Source: a virus (Duplodnaviria > Caudoviricetes). From it: a DNA stretch of 38,872 nucleotides. Made by a program: the position numbers and the translations under genes. The notes under the pieces were generated by a model. The model worked only from the letters and a program-made list of their open reading frames with translations. It did not search any database and was not told the origin of the DNA. Each line of letters begins with the position of its first letter. Positions within the stretch are counted from its first letter, which is position 1. Location of the stretch: positions 1 to 38,872 of the IMG/VR virus record IMGVR_UViG_3300047272_000160; one strand, 5' to 3'. Below, in pieces: positions 1-8,422 of the stretch.

Positions 1-127
1 TGGTGCCTCGCATGACTGGTACTCGTAGCACCGCACCGACTGCAACACCTGCCCCCAAGGGATAACCACTCCGCCGAGGTACTGAGTAATTCCCTCCCCG
101 CTGTAGCGGTAGCCCTCCATCTCGGTG
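1..127. repeat. Terminal direct repeat, left copy (assembly overlap of a circular contig)
   Basis: 1-127 is identical to 38746-38872; 127 is a common assembler k-mer; an ORF reads in frame across the junction. Confidence 0.95.
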
Positions 128-327
128 CTCTCCTTGTAGCGGTAGTTCACGCTCTCGTAGTTTGCTGTCTTAAGAATTGAACCAACCTCATCGGCGTGCT
201 CGTAGCGGTTAAAGGTTTTGATTTCACCCTCGTGATAGATGCGTAGCCCTGCGTCTACGCCGACCCCGTAAAGTCCTGCCGTAACTAGCAAGTCAAAGGT
301 GTCGTCCTGTAAAATAAATGCTGACAT
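1..327 (-). CDS. 5' part of a junction-spanning hypothetical early protein (about 159 aa, MSAFILQDDTFDLLVTAG...), continued at 38593-38872
   Basis: ATG at 327 preceded by AAAGGGG; in frame with MEGYRYSG of ORF 38593..38865. Confidence 0.8.
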   Translation of the reverse strand, partial: MSAFILQDDTFDLLVTAGLYGVGVDAGLRIYHEGEIKTFNRYEHADEVGSILKTANYESVNYRYKESTEMEGYRYSGEGITQYLGGVVIPWGQVLQSVRCYEYQSCEAP

Positions 328-360
328 GTTGTGCCCCTTTCGGCGTTGTTGTTGATGTCT

Positions 361-426
361 ATTTAATCGGAACCGTTGAACACTTGTCAAGCGGTTAGTG
401 GATATTTCTTTGTGACTTTTGTCACC
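361..426 (-). promoter_or_regulatory. Early promoter TTGACA-18-TTAAAT with upstream CRP-type box
   Basis: -35 at 385-390, -10 at 361-366; TGTGA-CTTTTG-TCACC at 411-426. Confidence 0.7.
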
Positions 427-443
427 GTGCCTGTCTTAAGTCC

Positions 444-653
444 TTAGAAGTGGTAAGCCCCTCTCAGAACTACCGTGCCCCAATGATTAGCGGGAACCTC
501 TATCGGCTTGATTACTTTCGGGGTCATCGTCACCTCGTACCCCTCCGCTATCTGCCAGTAGGCGTAAGCCTCCTCGTAATCGGTGAACACTTGCGTCACC
601 TCTGCTAAGTCGTTGCCGTCCTTATCGGTGGCGGTTACTGTCCATTGCATCAT
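444..653 (-). CDS. Hypothetical early protein
   Basis: 69-aa ORF, AAGGA RBS, tightly packed with neighbours. Confidence 0.75.
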   Translation of the reverse strand: MMQWTVTATDKDGNDLAEVTQVFTDYEEAYAYWQIAEGYEVTMTPKVIKPIEVPANHWGTVVLRGAYHF

Positions 654-664
654 GTCTTAAGTCC

Positions 665-853
665 TTATCTGTTCGCTTGTTCTAGTCGTGCAATCTCTGC
701 TAGCAATCGGGGAAGACCGCTAAAGAGTTCCCCCCAGTTGGCTACCTCGGTGCCGTCATTGTCCATATAGAAGACATCGTAAATCTCTGGCTCCAGTTCA
801 ACAATGCGGAGAAACTTTGTGCCCTCTGCGTAGTAGTAGTCGTGCGTTTTCAT
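665..853 (-). CDS. Hypothetical early protein
   Basis: 62-aa ORF, GGAGG upstream, operon packing. Confidence 0.75.
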   Translation of the reverse strand: MKTHDYYYAEGTKFLRIVELEPEIYDVFYMDNDGTEVANWGELFSGLPRLLAEIARLEQANR

Positions 854-856
854 GAC

Positions 857-1117
857 TTAAGACCTCCACTCCATAGCCTTGACATAATCCGCCTCCGAGA
901 TGTCCACCCCGTCAAGCCAGTAGGTGCACGCCACCCGTCTCCACCCGTCTCCGTCCTCTGGGTTATGGAGTGTTGTTATCTCGTAGCCGTAGCGGTCGTG
1001 ACAAGAACTGTCTTCCTCTATCCACTCGTAGCACTCGGCTAGCGTGTCCCGCCATGCCGTCCAACTTGCACCCCATACCTTGCGGTGCCGTGCCGTTACT
1101 TCGTATTTCGTTTTCAT
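857..1117 (-). CDS. Hypothetical early protein
   Basis: 86-aa ORF, AAAGGG RBS. Confidence 0.75.
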   Translation of the reverse strand: MKTKYEVTARHRKVWGASWTAWRDTLAECYEWIEEDSSCHDRYGYEITTLHNPEDGDGWRRVACTYWLDGVDISEADYVKAMEWRS

Positions 1118-1138
1118 TTTGTTTCCCTTTCTTAAGTC

Positions 1139-1160
1139 CTCCCCCTTGCGGGGGAGGGAC
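1139..1160 (-). other. Intergenic GC-rich hairpin with GCAA tetraloop (minus strand)
   Basis: ctccccc-GCAA-gggggag on the minus strand, between the SprT-like gene and the next gene. Confidence 0.5.
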
Positions 1161-1175
1161 TCCCTTTCTTTTTCC

Positions 1176-1943
1176 TTAGGCGACCGCTACGAAATCTTGC
1201 TCGCAGTCGGCGCAGATGACACCCTTTTCTAATGTCTTAAGACTTGCTCGGATAGTTGAACCGCACCCGCACTCGGCTTTCGTTAGGTTCTTGTTCCGTC
1301 CCTTAGGGGCAGAGGTGCCACCGAAGAACCCGCCGAAAGAGCCACCGAAAGCACCGCCACCAACGGGAGCACCCGAGACGACCGCAATAGCGTTTTCTAG
1401 TTTGGCGATACATTCCGCCCAACGCTCGGCGCACTCGTCTGATACCTCGGTATAACTCCACCCGATGGACTCGGAAACTTTCGTAATCGTCAAGCCGAAA
1501 GCACGCTCGGCAGTTGTCTTGAACTTCTTGTTATGTCGTCCGTTACTGTCCACATCTCGCACACCCGTTGCGATGTTCAAGGCGTGGGCGGTTTCGTGGG
1601 CGGTAGTTCCGAAGACTGCCCGAGCACCTCGGCGCAAGTTCTCGCCCGAAACCATAATTTCGTGAAAGCCTTTCTCTTCTGTCTTCGTTGGTGTCAATCC
1701 CATACTGACCGCCCAACCTGCGTAGGCGTAGTCCTCGTCCAATACCTCGTGCTCCTGTGCCCATGCGGGGCGTGTTGTGATGTGTCCCCATGCTCGGGCA
1801 TCTCGTTGAACCGTGAAGACTGCGGGCGGGAGTTGCACGCCCTCTGTCTTAAGCACCGACTCTGCGAGGATTTCGTAAACCTCGTGAAGAGCGGTGATGA
1901 CGGGGGCAAGTGTTGCCTCTGTCGTTGGTGCCAATGTGTCCAT
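1176..1943 (-). CDS. SprT-like zinc metalloprotease
   Basis: HETAH (HExxH) motif, downstream H..KF, C-terminal CxC...CxxC; Gly/Phe-rich linker. Confidence 0.8.
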   Translation of the reverse strand: MDTLAPTTEATLAPVITALHEVYEILAESVLKTEGVQLPPAVFTVQRDARAWGHITTRPAWAQEHEVLDEDYAYAGWAVSMGLTPTKTEEKGFHEIMVSGENLRRGARAVFGTTAHETAHALNIATGVRDVDSNGRHNKKFKTTAERAFGLTITKVSESIGWSYTEVSDECAERWAECIAKLENAIAVVSGAPVGGGAFGGSFGGFFGGTSAPKGRNKNLTKAECGCGSTIRASLKTLEKGVICADCEQDFVAVA

Positions 1944-1991
1944 GTTGTCCCCCTCGGAACTAAAGCGGGGCGGGAGTGCCTCGCCCCATTA

Positions 1992-2045
1992 AAGGTACAG
2001 GATTAAGACACGAACCGTGCAACATATTTAGTGACTTTTGTCACA
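1992..2045 (-). promoter_or_regulatory. Early promoter (weak TTGCAC-19-TACCTT) with CRP-type box
   Basis: AGTGA-CTTTTG-TCACA at 2030-2045, same core as 411-426; promoter hexamers less convincing. Confidence 0.55.
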
Positions 2046-2051
2046 CTCCAC

Positions 2052-2274
2052 AGTCCCCGACTGTTCCCCGTTCTATTTCGTCATGACGATAATTCTCGGT
2101 CGTACCCCCTTACGAGGGGGGTTACTCACGGGTAAAGCCCCTCTCCGTGGCTCTCGTGCCATTCCCACAATGTGGGATAAGGGGCAAGCCTTAAGACATG
2201 ATAGGACGACCTAACAATAAAAGATAGGGGAGCAAGAGTCCTTGACTGTTCGTGCAAGCAGTCCGTGACTGTTC
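2052..2274 (+). repeat. Three copies of AGTCCNNGACTGTTC
   Basis: Copies at 2052-2066, 2237-2251 and 2260-2274. Confidence 0.75.
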
Positions 2275-2367
2275 CCAACCGAGGAACGAGGGCGGGAGAC
2301 TGACCGAGACAAGAGGGAGAGAGGAGGAGAGAGGAGGCACCTAGGCGGTACTACTTGCGGGGCACAA

Positions 2368-2383
2368 TGTTTCACGGGAAACA
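2368..2383. promoter_or_regulatory. parS: parS-like ParB binding site
   Basis: TGTTTCACGGGAAACA matches consensus TGTTTCACGTGAAACA at 15/16; inverted repeat extends to AATG...CATT (2366-2385). Confidence 0.75.
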
Positions 2384-2774
2384 TTCCAACAGTCTAGGAA
2401 AGCGGTCTACTGTGTCCCTAGGGGTGGCTTGGTGGGTGGGGTGGGGTGCTCCCTACCTACTGGAAGGTAGTTGTAGCCCGCAACTAGTGAAGATAGTTGC
2501 ATGTGCAAGTAGTTTCTGTGGCTCCGACTGGGTGTCTGCCGAGGGCTCCCCCCTCTTATGCTATGAGTATTGAGACAGTTACGGACTCACTCTTTTTGTG
2601 GGTGGCTAGTTTGGTGTCACCCTTTGTGGTTGCCCATCACGCTGTGTGGTGTTATACGGTTTGGCTGACGGGATTGCTAGCCCCCGACTTAAGTGGCAGA
2701 GAAGAAAAAAAGAAAACCACCGACTTGGAAGTTTATCTCAATCTTTGTTGCACGCTTCTATGCAAACAACCGAT

Positions 2775-3050
2775 GGCGAAGCCGAGGGCGTTAGCCACCG
2801 AAGGTGGAACTGGATGACTAGCGGACCTGGATTAGCCTCCCCCACGGTTTAGGTATCAAAGTGATACCAAGGTCGCCGTAGCCAAGTTCTTTTAGCCGAC
2901 ACCTGAAAGGTAGGAATGTTATGTCGTTCATTCAACGCTGCTTGAACCTCTTACGCAATAGGGGCAAGACCATCTTTTTCAGACTTGCTTGATTGCAGGA
3001 TTCATCTACCCCAGTTCCCTGGTGTGAATTGCCCCGTACCATGCAAACGG
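2775..3050. other. Hairpin-rich non-coding segment (candidate origin/ssi or ncRNA)
   Basis: GGC-GAA-GCC, CCACC-GAA-GGTGG, GGTATCA-AAG-TGATACC, ACCT-GAA-AGGT and other stems; no convincing ORF. Confidence 0.45.
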
Positions 3051-3114
3051 TATACAGCCATGCGAGAGTGAAGTTGTGCGATGACTATACACCTCATCTG
3101 ATATTGTTCGCAAC

Positions 3115-3381
3115 ATGCCAGCAGAAAAAGATTCCCGACTTAAACGAGCAGGAGTGTCAGGGTATAACAAGCCGAAGGCAACCCCTGGTCATCCTACGAA
3201 GTCTCATGTGGTTGTAGCCAAAGTTGGCGACCAAGTGAAGACGATTCGTTTTGGACAGCAAGGTGTAAAAGGTTCACCTGAAGGTTCCGCTCGTAACAAA
3301 GCGTTCAAAGCACGCCACGCTGGAAACATTTCTAAAGGAAAAATGTCTGCCGCATATTGGGCTGACAAAGTTAAGTGGTAA
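3115..3381 (+). CDS. Small basic phage protein (KTIRFGQQG...FKARH...AYWA type), probably leaderless
   Basis: 88-aa Lys/Arg-rich ORF; TG-A-TATTGT extended -10 ends 7 nt before the ATG. Confidence 0.8.
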   Translation: MPAEKDSRLKRAGVSGYNKPKATPGHPTKSHVVVAKVGDQVKTIRFGQQGVKGSPEGSARNKAFKARHAGNISKGKMSAAYWADKVKW

Positions 3382-3385
3382 ATCC

Positions 3386-3414
3386 TTGACAACTGGGTGT
3401 TGAACCGCTACACT
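3386..3414 (+). promoter_or_regulatory. Sigma70/SigA-type promoter for the transporter-TGT cassette
   Basis: TTGACA (3386-3391), 17-bp spacer, TACACT (3409-3414), followed by GAAGGAGG RBS. Confidence 0.8.
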
Positions 3415-3439
3415 TATCAATACCTAGAAGGAGGAGAAC

Positions 3440-4003
3440 ATGAAGTTTCTCAAATTTTGCACATTAGCCATTTATCTTGCCACTATCCCAGCGGCAAACT
3501 GGTTCATCAATAATGTTGGGACACAACTGTTCCCTGGTGGTCCACATACCATCCCAGTAGGTTTTGGCTACGCAGCCCCATCGGGCGTTTTGCTTATTGG
3601 TATTGCATTGTTCACCCGTGATTTCATCCAAGAAGAATTTGGCAAGCGGGTAACTCTTGGTGCAATCGTATTGGGCATTGGGTTGTCATACCTGGTTAAC
3701 CCCGCTGTCGCCACAGCATCCGCTGTCGCTTTCGCAGTGTCAGAAATGATGGACTTTGCTGTATATAGCAAGATTAAAAAGCGCACCCTTACTGGAGCAG
3801 TTGTGTTCTCAGGGGTAACGGGTGGCATTGCCGATTCTTTCTTGTTCCTTTACATTGCTTTTGGTTCTATCAATTACTGGCAAGGACAAGTAATTGGCAA
3901 GACATGGATGGCTTTGCTTGGTGGTCTTTTGATTTGGGGATTTAGTGCTGTATCTAACGGGATGCATACCAAAGAAACCTCACCTGCGACAACTGCTTCT
4001 TGA
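3440..4003 (+). CDS. yhhQ: VUT/YhhQ family queuosine-precursor (preQ0/preQ1) transporter-like membrane protein
   Basis: Multi-TM protein with AANW, RDFIQEEFG, ASAVAFAVSEMMDFAVY, DSFLFLYIAFG and GQVIGK motifs typical of Vut_1. Confidence 0.8.
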   Translation: MKFLKFCTLAIYLATIPAANWFINNVGTQLFPGGPHTIPVGFGYAAPSGVLLIGIALFTRDFIQEEFGKRVTLGAIVLGIGLSYLVNPAVATASAVAFAVSEMMDFAVYSKIKKRTLTGAVVFSGVTGGIADSFLFLYIAFGSINYWQGQVIGKTWMALLGGLLIWGFSAVSNGMHTKETSPATTAS

Positions 4004-4580
4004 TAACGAAGTAGGGTCGCTAGTTACACCGTTTAGTGTTCGCACCCCCCCATCAGATGAATGGGTGTGGGCTGCGGACAACGGGTGTTTTGCTTCCCGC
4101 TGGACAGAAAAGGTTTGGCTTGACTGGTTGGACAGTAAGTCAAATCCTTCCAGTGCACTATTCGCCGTAGTCCCTGATGTTGTTGCAGACCACAATGGGA
4201 CTCTTGAACGGTGGCATCATTATTCCCCAATGGTTATTGACCGAGGATTCAAGCCAGCGTTTGTTTTGCAAGATGGTGCGAAACTTGAGGAACTACCGTT
4301 TGATACGATGAAAGCATTGTTTATCGGTGGAACTACAGAGTACAAACTTTCTAATGAAGCACGGTCAATAGTTGCAGCGTGTAAAGAGCGAGACATTTGG
4401 GTACATATGGGCAGAGTAAATTCTTTACGCCGTATGGTCATTGCCCAGTCTTGGGGTTGTGATTCTGTAGATGGAACTTTTTTGGCTTTTGGTCCTGATG
4501 TGAATACTCCAAAACTTATAAAAATGGTTCAGTCTGTGAATAGCCAACCAGGTTTATTTGACGGTTGCTATGGGTACTAA
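3945..4580 (+). CDS. Compact TGT-like (DpdA-like) base-exchange transglycosylase
   Basis: Ordered motifs ADNGCF, PDVV, QDG, FIGG, VHMGRVN, DSVDGT parallel TGT DSGGF, D, QGG, AIGG, HLLG and catalytic D; overlaps the yhhQ-like gene. Confidence 0.7.
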   Translation: MLYLTGCIPKKPHLRQLLLDNEVGSLVTPFSVRTPPSDEWVWAADNGCFASRWTEKVWLDWLDSKSNPSSALFAVVPDVVADHNGTLERWHHYSPMVIDRGFKPAFVLQDGAKLEELPFDTMKALFIGGTTEYKLSNEARSIVAACKERDIWVHMGRVNSLRRMVIAQSWGCDSVDGTFLAFGPDVNTPKLIKMVQSVNSQPGLFDGCYGY

Positions 4581-6543
4581 ACGGTCTGTCCCTGTTCAGG
4601 ACAAGGTGCAATTCTTTGCACTGATATCTGCTGGACGAACAATTAAAGACGCATGTGCCGAAACGGGCATCCACTACAACACAGGTAGTAGGTGGGTCAA
4701 ACGGGCTAAGGAACTAGAAGCCAACCGTAAAGAAGCCACCCACAAAGCCGCAACTGGCGCAGGCTCAGGTGGACGGCAGGCTTTGCAGCACATGAACTTC
4801 ATGGATGCCATTGACCTCCCATCGGCTATCCCCCATGACATGCTGGGCGAGAACGCATTACGAGGCTTAGAAGATTTTGACTTCTTCCGTACCCACTACC
4901 TTGGTCGTGTGCCATCTCCTTGGCAGGTAGAAGCAGCAGTTACCTTGGTTGAACTGTTGGAGTCCGAGGAGAAAGAGTTTGTCGTTATCAATGTGCCACC
5001 TGGTGCTGGTAAGTCAACCCTGTTCCACGATGTAGCGGTATGGGCGATTGTGCGTAACCGCCGAGTCCGTGTCATGATTGGTTCTGTTTCGCAGAACATG
5101 GCGAAGATGTACTCACGGCGTATCCGTGAAACTCTAGAACGAGTAGCCCCGATTGAACCCGACCCAGGTATGGTGCAAAAGGGATTAGCAGTAAATGCAG
5201 AAGGATGCTTAACGATTGACTATGGACGATTCAAACCAGTGGATAAGGGTGCCCTATGGCGGGCTGAAGAGTTCGTTGTTGAACAACTTGACGGAAACGG
5301 CTTGGATAACAAGGAGCCGACTGTCCGTGCATACGGCATTGAAGCGGAGTTTATCGGACACCGAGCCGACCTATGTCTCTTTGACGATGTTGCCTCACCT
5401 GACAATGCGAGAGAAAGCGTGGCTAGGGACAAACTTCTTGAACGATGGGACGGTGTGGCGGAAGCCCGCTGCGACCCAGGTGGGTTGCTGGCTGTTGTCG
5501 GGCAAAGACTCGGTTCGGGGGACCTTTACGCTCATTGTCTCGCCAAAGAAACCTACGATATTGAGGAAGATATCAATTACGATGGGGCAGATGTCATTAC
5601 CCCTGAAGATGTATCTGAAGGTGTACCAGTTCGCCAAAAGAAATACCGCCATATTATTTATAAGGCGTACTATGAGGAACTTGACACGGGCAAAGAATCT
5701 CGTTCTTTCAAGTCTGAGCCGTACCCCAAGGGACCGTTACTAGACCCGAAGCGTCTGCCCTGGAAAGACCTATCTTTTATTAGGTACAACAAACCCGATG
5801 TCTTCAAGGTTGTATACCAGCAAGAAGACTTGGACTTGGATTCCAAACTGGTACAGCGAACCTGGATTACAGGTGGCAAAGGGCTGGACGGAGTTGACTA
5901 CCCAGGGTGCGTAGACGCAGACCGTCAACCAGGTTACATCCCCGAAGGACTAGCCCACCCGTGGGTCAGCATCGTGGCAGTGGACCCATCCCCCACAATG
6001 TTTTGGGCGTTCGTATGGATTATCTACCAACCGAACACCAACCTCTACCATGTCGTAGACATTGAACGAGTCAAACTGACAGCCGAAGAAGTGCTGGGTT
6101 ATGACACCATGACTGGCGCATACTCAGGTCTGATGGACCAATGGCAACAACGCTCATATGATATGGGCTACCCCATCTCGCACTGGGTTGTAGAAATCAA
6201 CGCAGCCCAGCGATTCCTCCTAGCGCACGACTTTGTGCGTAAGTGGCAAGCAATGCACCGAGTCAATGTGATACCTCACACCACCAGCCGAAACAAACTG
6301 GACGAGACCCTCGGTGTGGAAGCACTCCTGCCGCCAGTCATCAGGTCTGGAGCATTGCGTCTCCCATCTATGAAAGGTAACTGGAAAACTCTCGCCGCCC
6401 AAGACGAGTTAACTAAGTGGGCAAGAGACAAGAAGCACGGCACCGACATCGTGATGGCACTATGGATGGCTTTGCTCAACCTGCCGAACCTAACCCAAAC
6501 CAAACCACCCCCACGGCAATGGCGACCATCCTGGCTTAAGTAA
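4570..6543 (+). CDS. terL: Terminase large subunit with N-terminal HTH extension
   Basis: Walker A PPGAGKST, Walker B LCLFDD, VVGQR motif, nuclease AVDPS / VEINAAQ / DIVMA; ATG 4570 preferred over TTG 4558. Confidence 0.92.
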   Translation: MGTKRSVPVQDKVQFFALISAGRTIKDACAETGIHYNTGSRWVKRAKELEANRKEATHKAATGAGSGGRQALQHMNFMDAIDLPSAIPHDMLGENALRGLEDFDFFRTHYLGRVPSPWQVEAAVTLVELLESEEKEFVVINVPPGAGKSTLFHDVAVWAIVRNRRVRVMIGSVSQNMAKMYSRRIRETLERVAPIEPDPGMVQKGLAVNAEGCLTIDYGRFKPVDKGALWRAEEFVVEQLDGNGLDNKEPTVRAYGIEAEFIGHRADLCLFDDVASPDNARESVARDKLLERWDGVAEARCDPGGLLAVVGQRLGSGDLYAHCLAKETYDIEEDINYDGADVITPEDVSEGVPVRQKKYRHIIYKAYYEELDTGKESRSFKSEPYPKGPLLDPKRLPWKDLSFIRYNKPDVFKVVYQQEDLDLDSKLVQRTWITGGKGLDGVDYPGCVDADRQPGYIPEGLAHPWVSIVAVDPSPTMFWAFVWIIYQPNTNLYHVVDIERVKLTAEEVLGYDTMTGAYSGLMDQWQQRSYDMGYPISHWVVEINAAQRFLLAHDFVRKWQAMHRVNVIPHTTSRNKLDETLGVEALLPPVIRSGALRLPSMKGNWKTLAAQDELTKWARDKKHGTDIVMALWMALLNLPNLTQTKPPPRQWRPSWLK

Positions 6544-6590
6544 GGGTAGTATGTTATCGTTATATCGTTTGAGTCTTGTAAAGGTCACGC

Positions 6591-8420
6591 ATGAAAACAG
6601 TTGAAGAAATAGTTGACCTCTACCGTCAAAGGTTAGAAGCACAAGGTCCTGTTCTCCAACAAATGCGTCAGGTCCGTCAACTCGCCAACGGTGATGTCGT
6701 TGTCCCATTGAACGAGTTGGACCGCAACACAAAGTCCTCTGTCGCTAACCTGCTCGTGCAAGGTTTAGACCAGATGTCTATGCGTGTATCTTCCACGATG
6801 CCTGCGCCGTACTTCCCAGCATTGCGAGAAGGTCAAGACCGTTCTATGCAACTGGCTCGTGACCGCAAGCGTGCAATGCTTGCCATCTGGGACCAGAACC
6901 GTATGAGCATGAAGATGCGCCGCCGTGCCCGTCACCTTCTTGCCTACAGCAACAGCCCCATCTACATCAAGCCTAACTTTGATAAGCGCATCCCAGAGTG
7001 GCAACTGCGTAACCCGCTTGATACCTTCCCTGCACCAATGGTGGACATTGACAACCCAGTCCCCCACGACTGCATCTTCTCCTACAGCCGTCCCTACGCA
7101 TGGCTCGCACAAAACTTCGGTGATGTCGTCAACGGACAACTTCGTGTCGGTAAGCCACAGCCCGATGACATGTTCACCATCCTTGAATATGTATGCGCAG
7201 ACGAAATCGTCATGCTTGTCATGGGATACGAACGAGACCGTGACCCACTCACAGGCGCATACTTCATGGGTTCAGCCTCTGTAGAACTTTCCCGCATCGT
7301 CAACCGCACAGGTATGCCACTGGTCATCGTTCCACAGCGCATCACACTTGACAAGCCACACGGACAGTTTGACGGTTTGCTCGGTATGTACTACACCCGT
7401 GCACGCCTTCAGGCTCTGACCGAAATCGCTATTGAGCGTGGCATCTTCCCTGACGAATACCTCGTTGCACGACCTGGCGAGAACCCAGAAATCATCCAAG
7501 TTGCAGACGGAAAGTCTGGACAGTTGGGTGTTGTCAAGGGCGGAGATATCCAAACCCACCAGTCAAACCCTGGCTACAAAACAGACACAGCACTTGACCG
7601 TCTTGAACGCCAAGAGCGTCTTGAAGGTGCAATCCCAGCAGAGTTCGGTGGAGAATCAGGCACCAACATCCGTACAGGTCGCCGTGGAGACAGCGTGCTC
7701 TCAGCAACAGTGGACTTCCGAGTGCAAGAAGCACAAGAAATCTTCGCTTCCTCAATGGTGGAAGAAGACAAGGTTGCTATCGCTATTGAAAAGGCATACT
7801 GGGGTTCAACCTCTAAGTCATTTTTCATGCCAGGTATGGGCGGTGGACTTAAGGACTACACACCAAACAAACTGTGGGAAACAGACTTCCACTATGTCGC
7901 ATACTCGGCATCAGGTGCAGATGTGAACAGTCTCATCGTGTCACTTGGTCAGCGTCTCGGTACAGGACTTATGTCAAAGGAATCTGCTCGTGAAGCAGAC
8001 CCACTTATCTCTGACCCAGAGTTGGAGAAGGACCGCATCGTGGCTGAAGGTATTGAAGCAGCGTTGTTGTCTTCAATTCAGGCACAAGCAGCCGACCCGA
8101 ACGGTCCATACCAGCCTGATGACCTCGCATATATTGCGTCACAGGTGCAATCAAACAAGATGTCCCTGCCTGAAGCAATCATGGCTGCACAAAAGCGTGC
8201 ACAAGAACGCCAAGCAGCGATGGCTCCAGCAGGTTCACCAGAAACAATGCCAGGACTGTCAGCACCAGGCATGGGGATGGAACAATCACCAGCAGGTCCA
8301 GCACCTGAAGGTATGGATGCGATGCTCGCCCAACTTGGTGGCGGTGGAGCAGGCGCAGCAGCCCAGCCACAGTCCCCAGGTGGTGTCTTAAGTCTTGCAA
8401 ATAGCCTTGGAGGGATGTAA
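6591..8420 (+). CDS. Portal protein
   Basis: 609 aa directly after terL, helical character, low-complexity C-terminal tail; assigned by position. Confidence 0.8.
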   Translation: MKTVEEIVDLYRQRLEAQGPVLQQMRQVRQLANGDVVVPLNELDRNTKSSVANLLVQGLDQMSMRVSSTMPAPYFPALREGQDRSMQLARDRKRAMLAIWDQNRMSMKMRRRARHLLAYSNSPIYIKPNFDKRIPEWQLRNPLDTFPAPMVDIDNPVPHDCIFSYSRPYAWLAQNFGDVVNGQLRVGKPQPDDMFTILEYVCADEIVMLVMGYERDRDPLTGAYFMGSASVELSRIVNRTGMPLVIVPQRITLDKPHGQFDGLLGMYYTRARLQALTEIAIERGIFPDEYLVARPGENPEIIQVADGKSGQLGVVKGGDIQTHQSNPGYKTDTALDRLERQERLEGAIPAEFGGESGTNIRTGRRGDSVLSATVDFRVQEAQEIFASSMVEEDKVAIAIEKAYWGSTSKSFFMPGMGGGLKDYTPNKLWETDFHYVAYSASGADVNSLIVSLGQRLGTGLMSKESAREADPLISDPELEKDRIVAEGIEAALLSSIQAQAADPNGPYQPDDLAYIASQVQSNKMSLPEAIMAAQKRAQERQAAMAPAGSPETMPGLSAPGMGMEQSPAGPAPEGMDAMLAQLGGGGAGAAAQPQSPGGVLSLANSLGGM

Positions 8421-8422
8421 CA

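Noticed and set aside
1-127. Terminal repeat as a biological direct terminal repeat
   Set aside because: It falls mid-gene and its length equals a typical assembly k-mer; it indicates circular assembly only
2355-3217. ORFs 2355..2573, 2497..2817, 2646..2852 and 2993..3217
   Set aside because: No RBS, atypical composition, and overlap with parS, G-tracts and hairpins; the region looks non-coding
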